The notes under the pieces were generated by a model that did not search any database, was not told where the DNA came from, and saw only the letters and a list, made by a program, of their open reading frames with translations. From positions 6,679 to 70,678 of the IMG/VR virus record IMGVR_UViG_2974543594_000001: DNA of 64,000 bases; one strand, 5' to 3'. This DNA is from a virus. Positions 63,945-64,000 of the stretch are shown one piece after another (position 1 is the stretch's first letter; every line of letters begins with the position of its first letter). The position numbers and the translations under genes were made by a program.

Positions 63945-64000
63945 TACTTTGGTTAAAATTTATTTGTGTGAAGTAATACTACTATCAGACAAAATTATAA

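Noticed and set aside
1-64000. Search for tRNA, rRNA, integrase, transposase or lysogeny functions
   Set aside because: No cloverleaf-like GTTCGAAT-type T-loop contexts noticed in intergenic regions, and no recombinase or repressor-like ORFs. The window looks like a strictly lytic phage. A tRNAscan run would be needed to exclude tRNAs formally.

Overview
This 64 kb window is a contiguous stretch of a virulent N4-like (Schitoviridae-type) podophage genome. It is AT-rich, roughly 40% GC by eye. I found no rRNA, tRNA, CRISPR array, integrase or transposon. The + strand from 168 to 31006 carries the late and structural module. In order it holds a small ORF, the large terminase, tail proteins and a mosaic tail spike, the portal, scaffold and major capsid protein, several virion proteins, and a 3629-aa virion-packaged RNA polymerase (vRNAP) with T7-like motifs A, B and C in its central part. 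A lysis cassette lies inverted on the - strand inside this module: lysozyme, an Rz spanin with an embedded Rz1, and holins. The - strand from 63794 down to 31017 carries the early region. It has small proteins, DUF4326, DUF2493/SLOG, Macro and DUF1653 proteins, and C-GAA-G triloop hairpins upstream of genes that are candidate single-stranded vRNAP promoters. A tandem family of at least nine small Cys4 paralogs surrounds a split T7-like RNAPII heterodimer (N4 gp15/gp16 type). Downstream of that is the middle and replication region: dUTPase, an SPFH lipoprotein, a MoxR plus VWA-metallopeptidase pair, a ClpX-like ATPase, a classic AAA+ protein, a phosphatase, a Dda-like helicase, a family A DNA polymerase, a ThyX-like protein, a Cas4-like nuclease, a primase, a Sak4-like ATPase, SSB, RusA and an HNH-AP2 endonuclease. 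Intrinsic terminators often overlap gene 3' ends and sit 10-25 nt upstream of the next start codon. Several islands have markedly higher, host-like GC: the tail-spike C-terminus plus the next gene, the AAA+ gene, the SPFH gene, and a 143-aa gene with its own hairpins and terminator. Coordinates of features not taken from the ORF track are good to about +/-2 nt. The track uses TTG/GTG starts; true ATG starts are given where I could see them.
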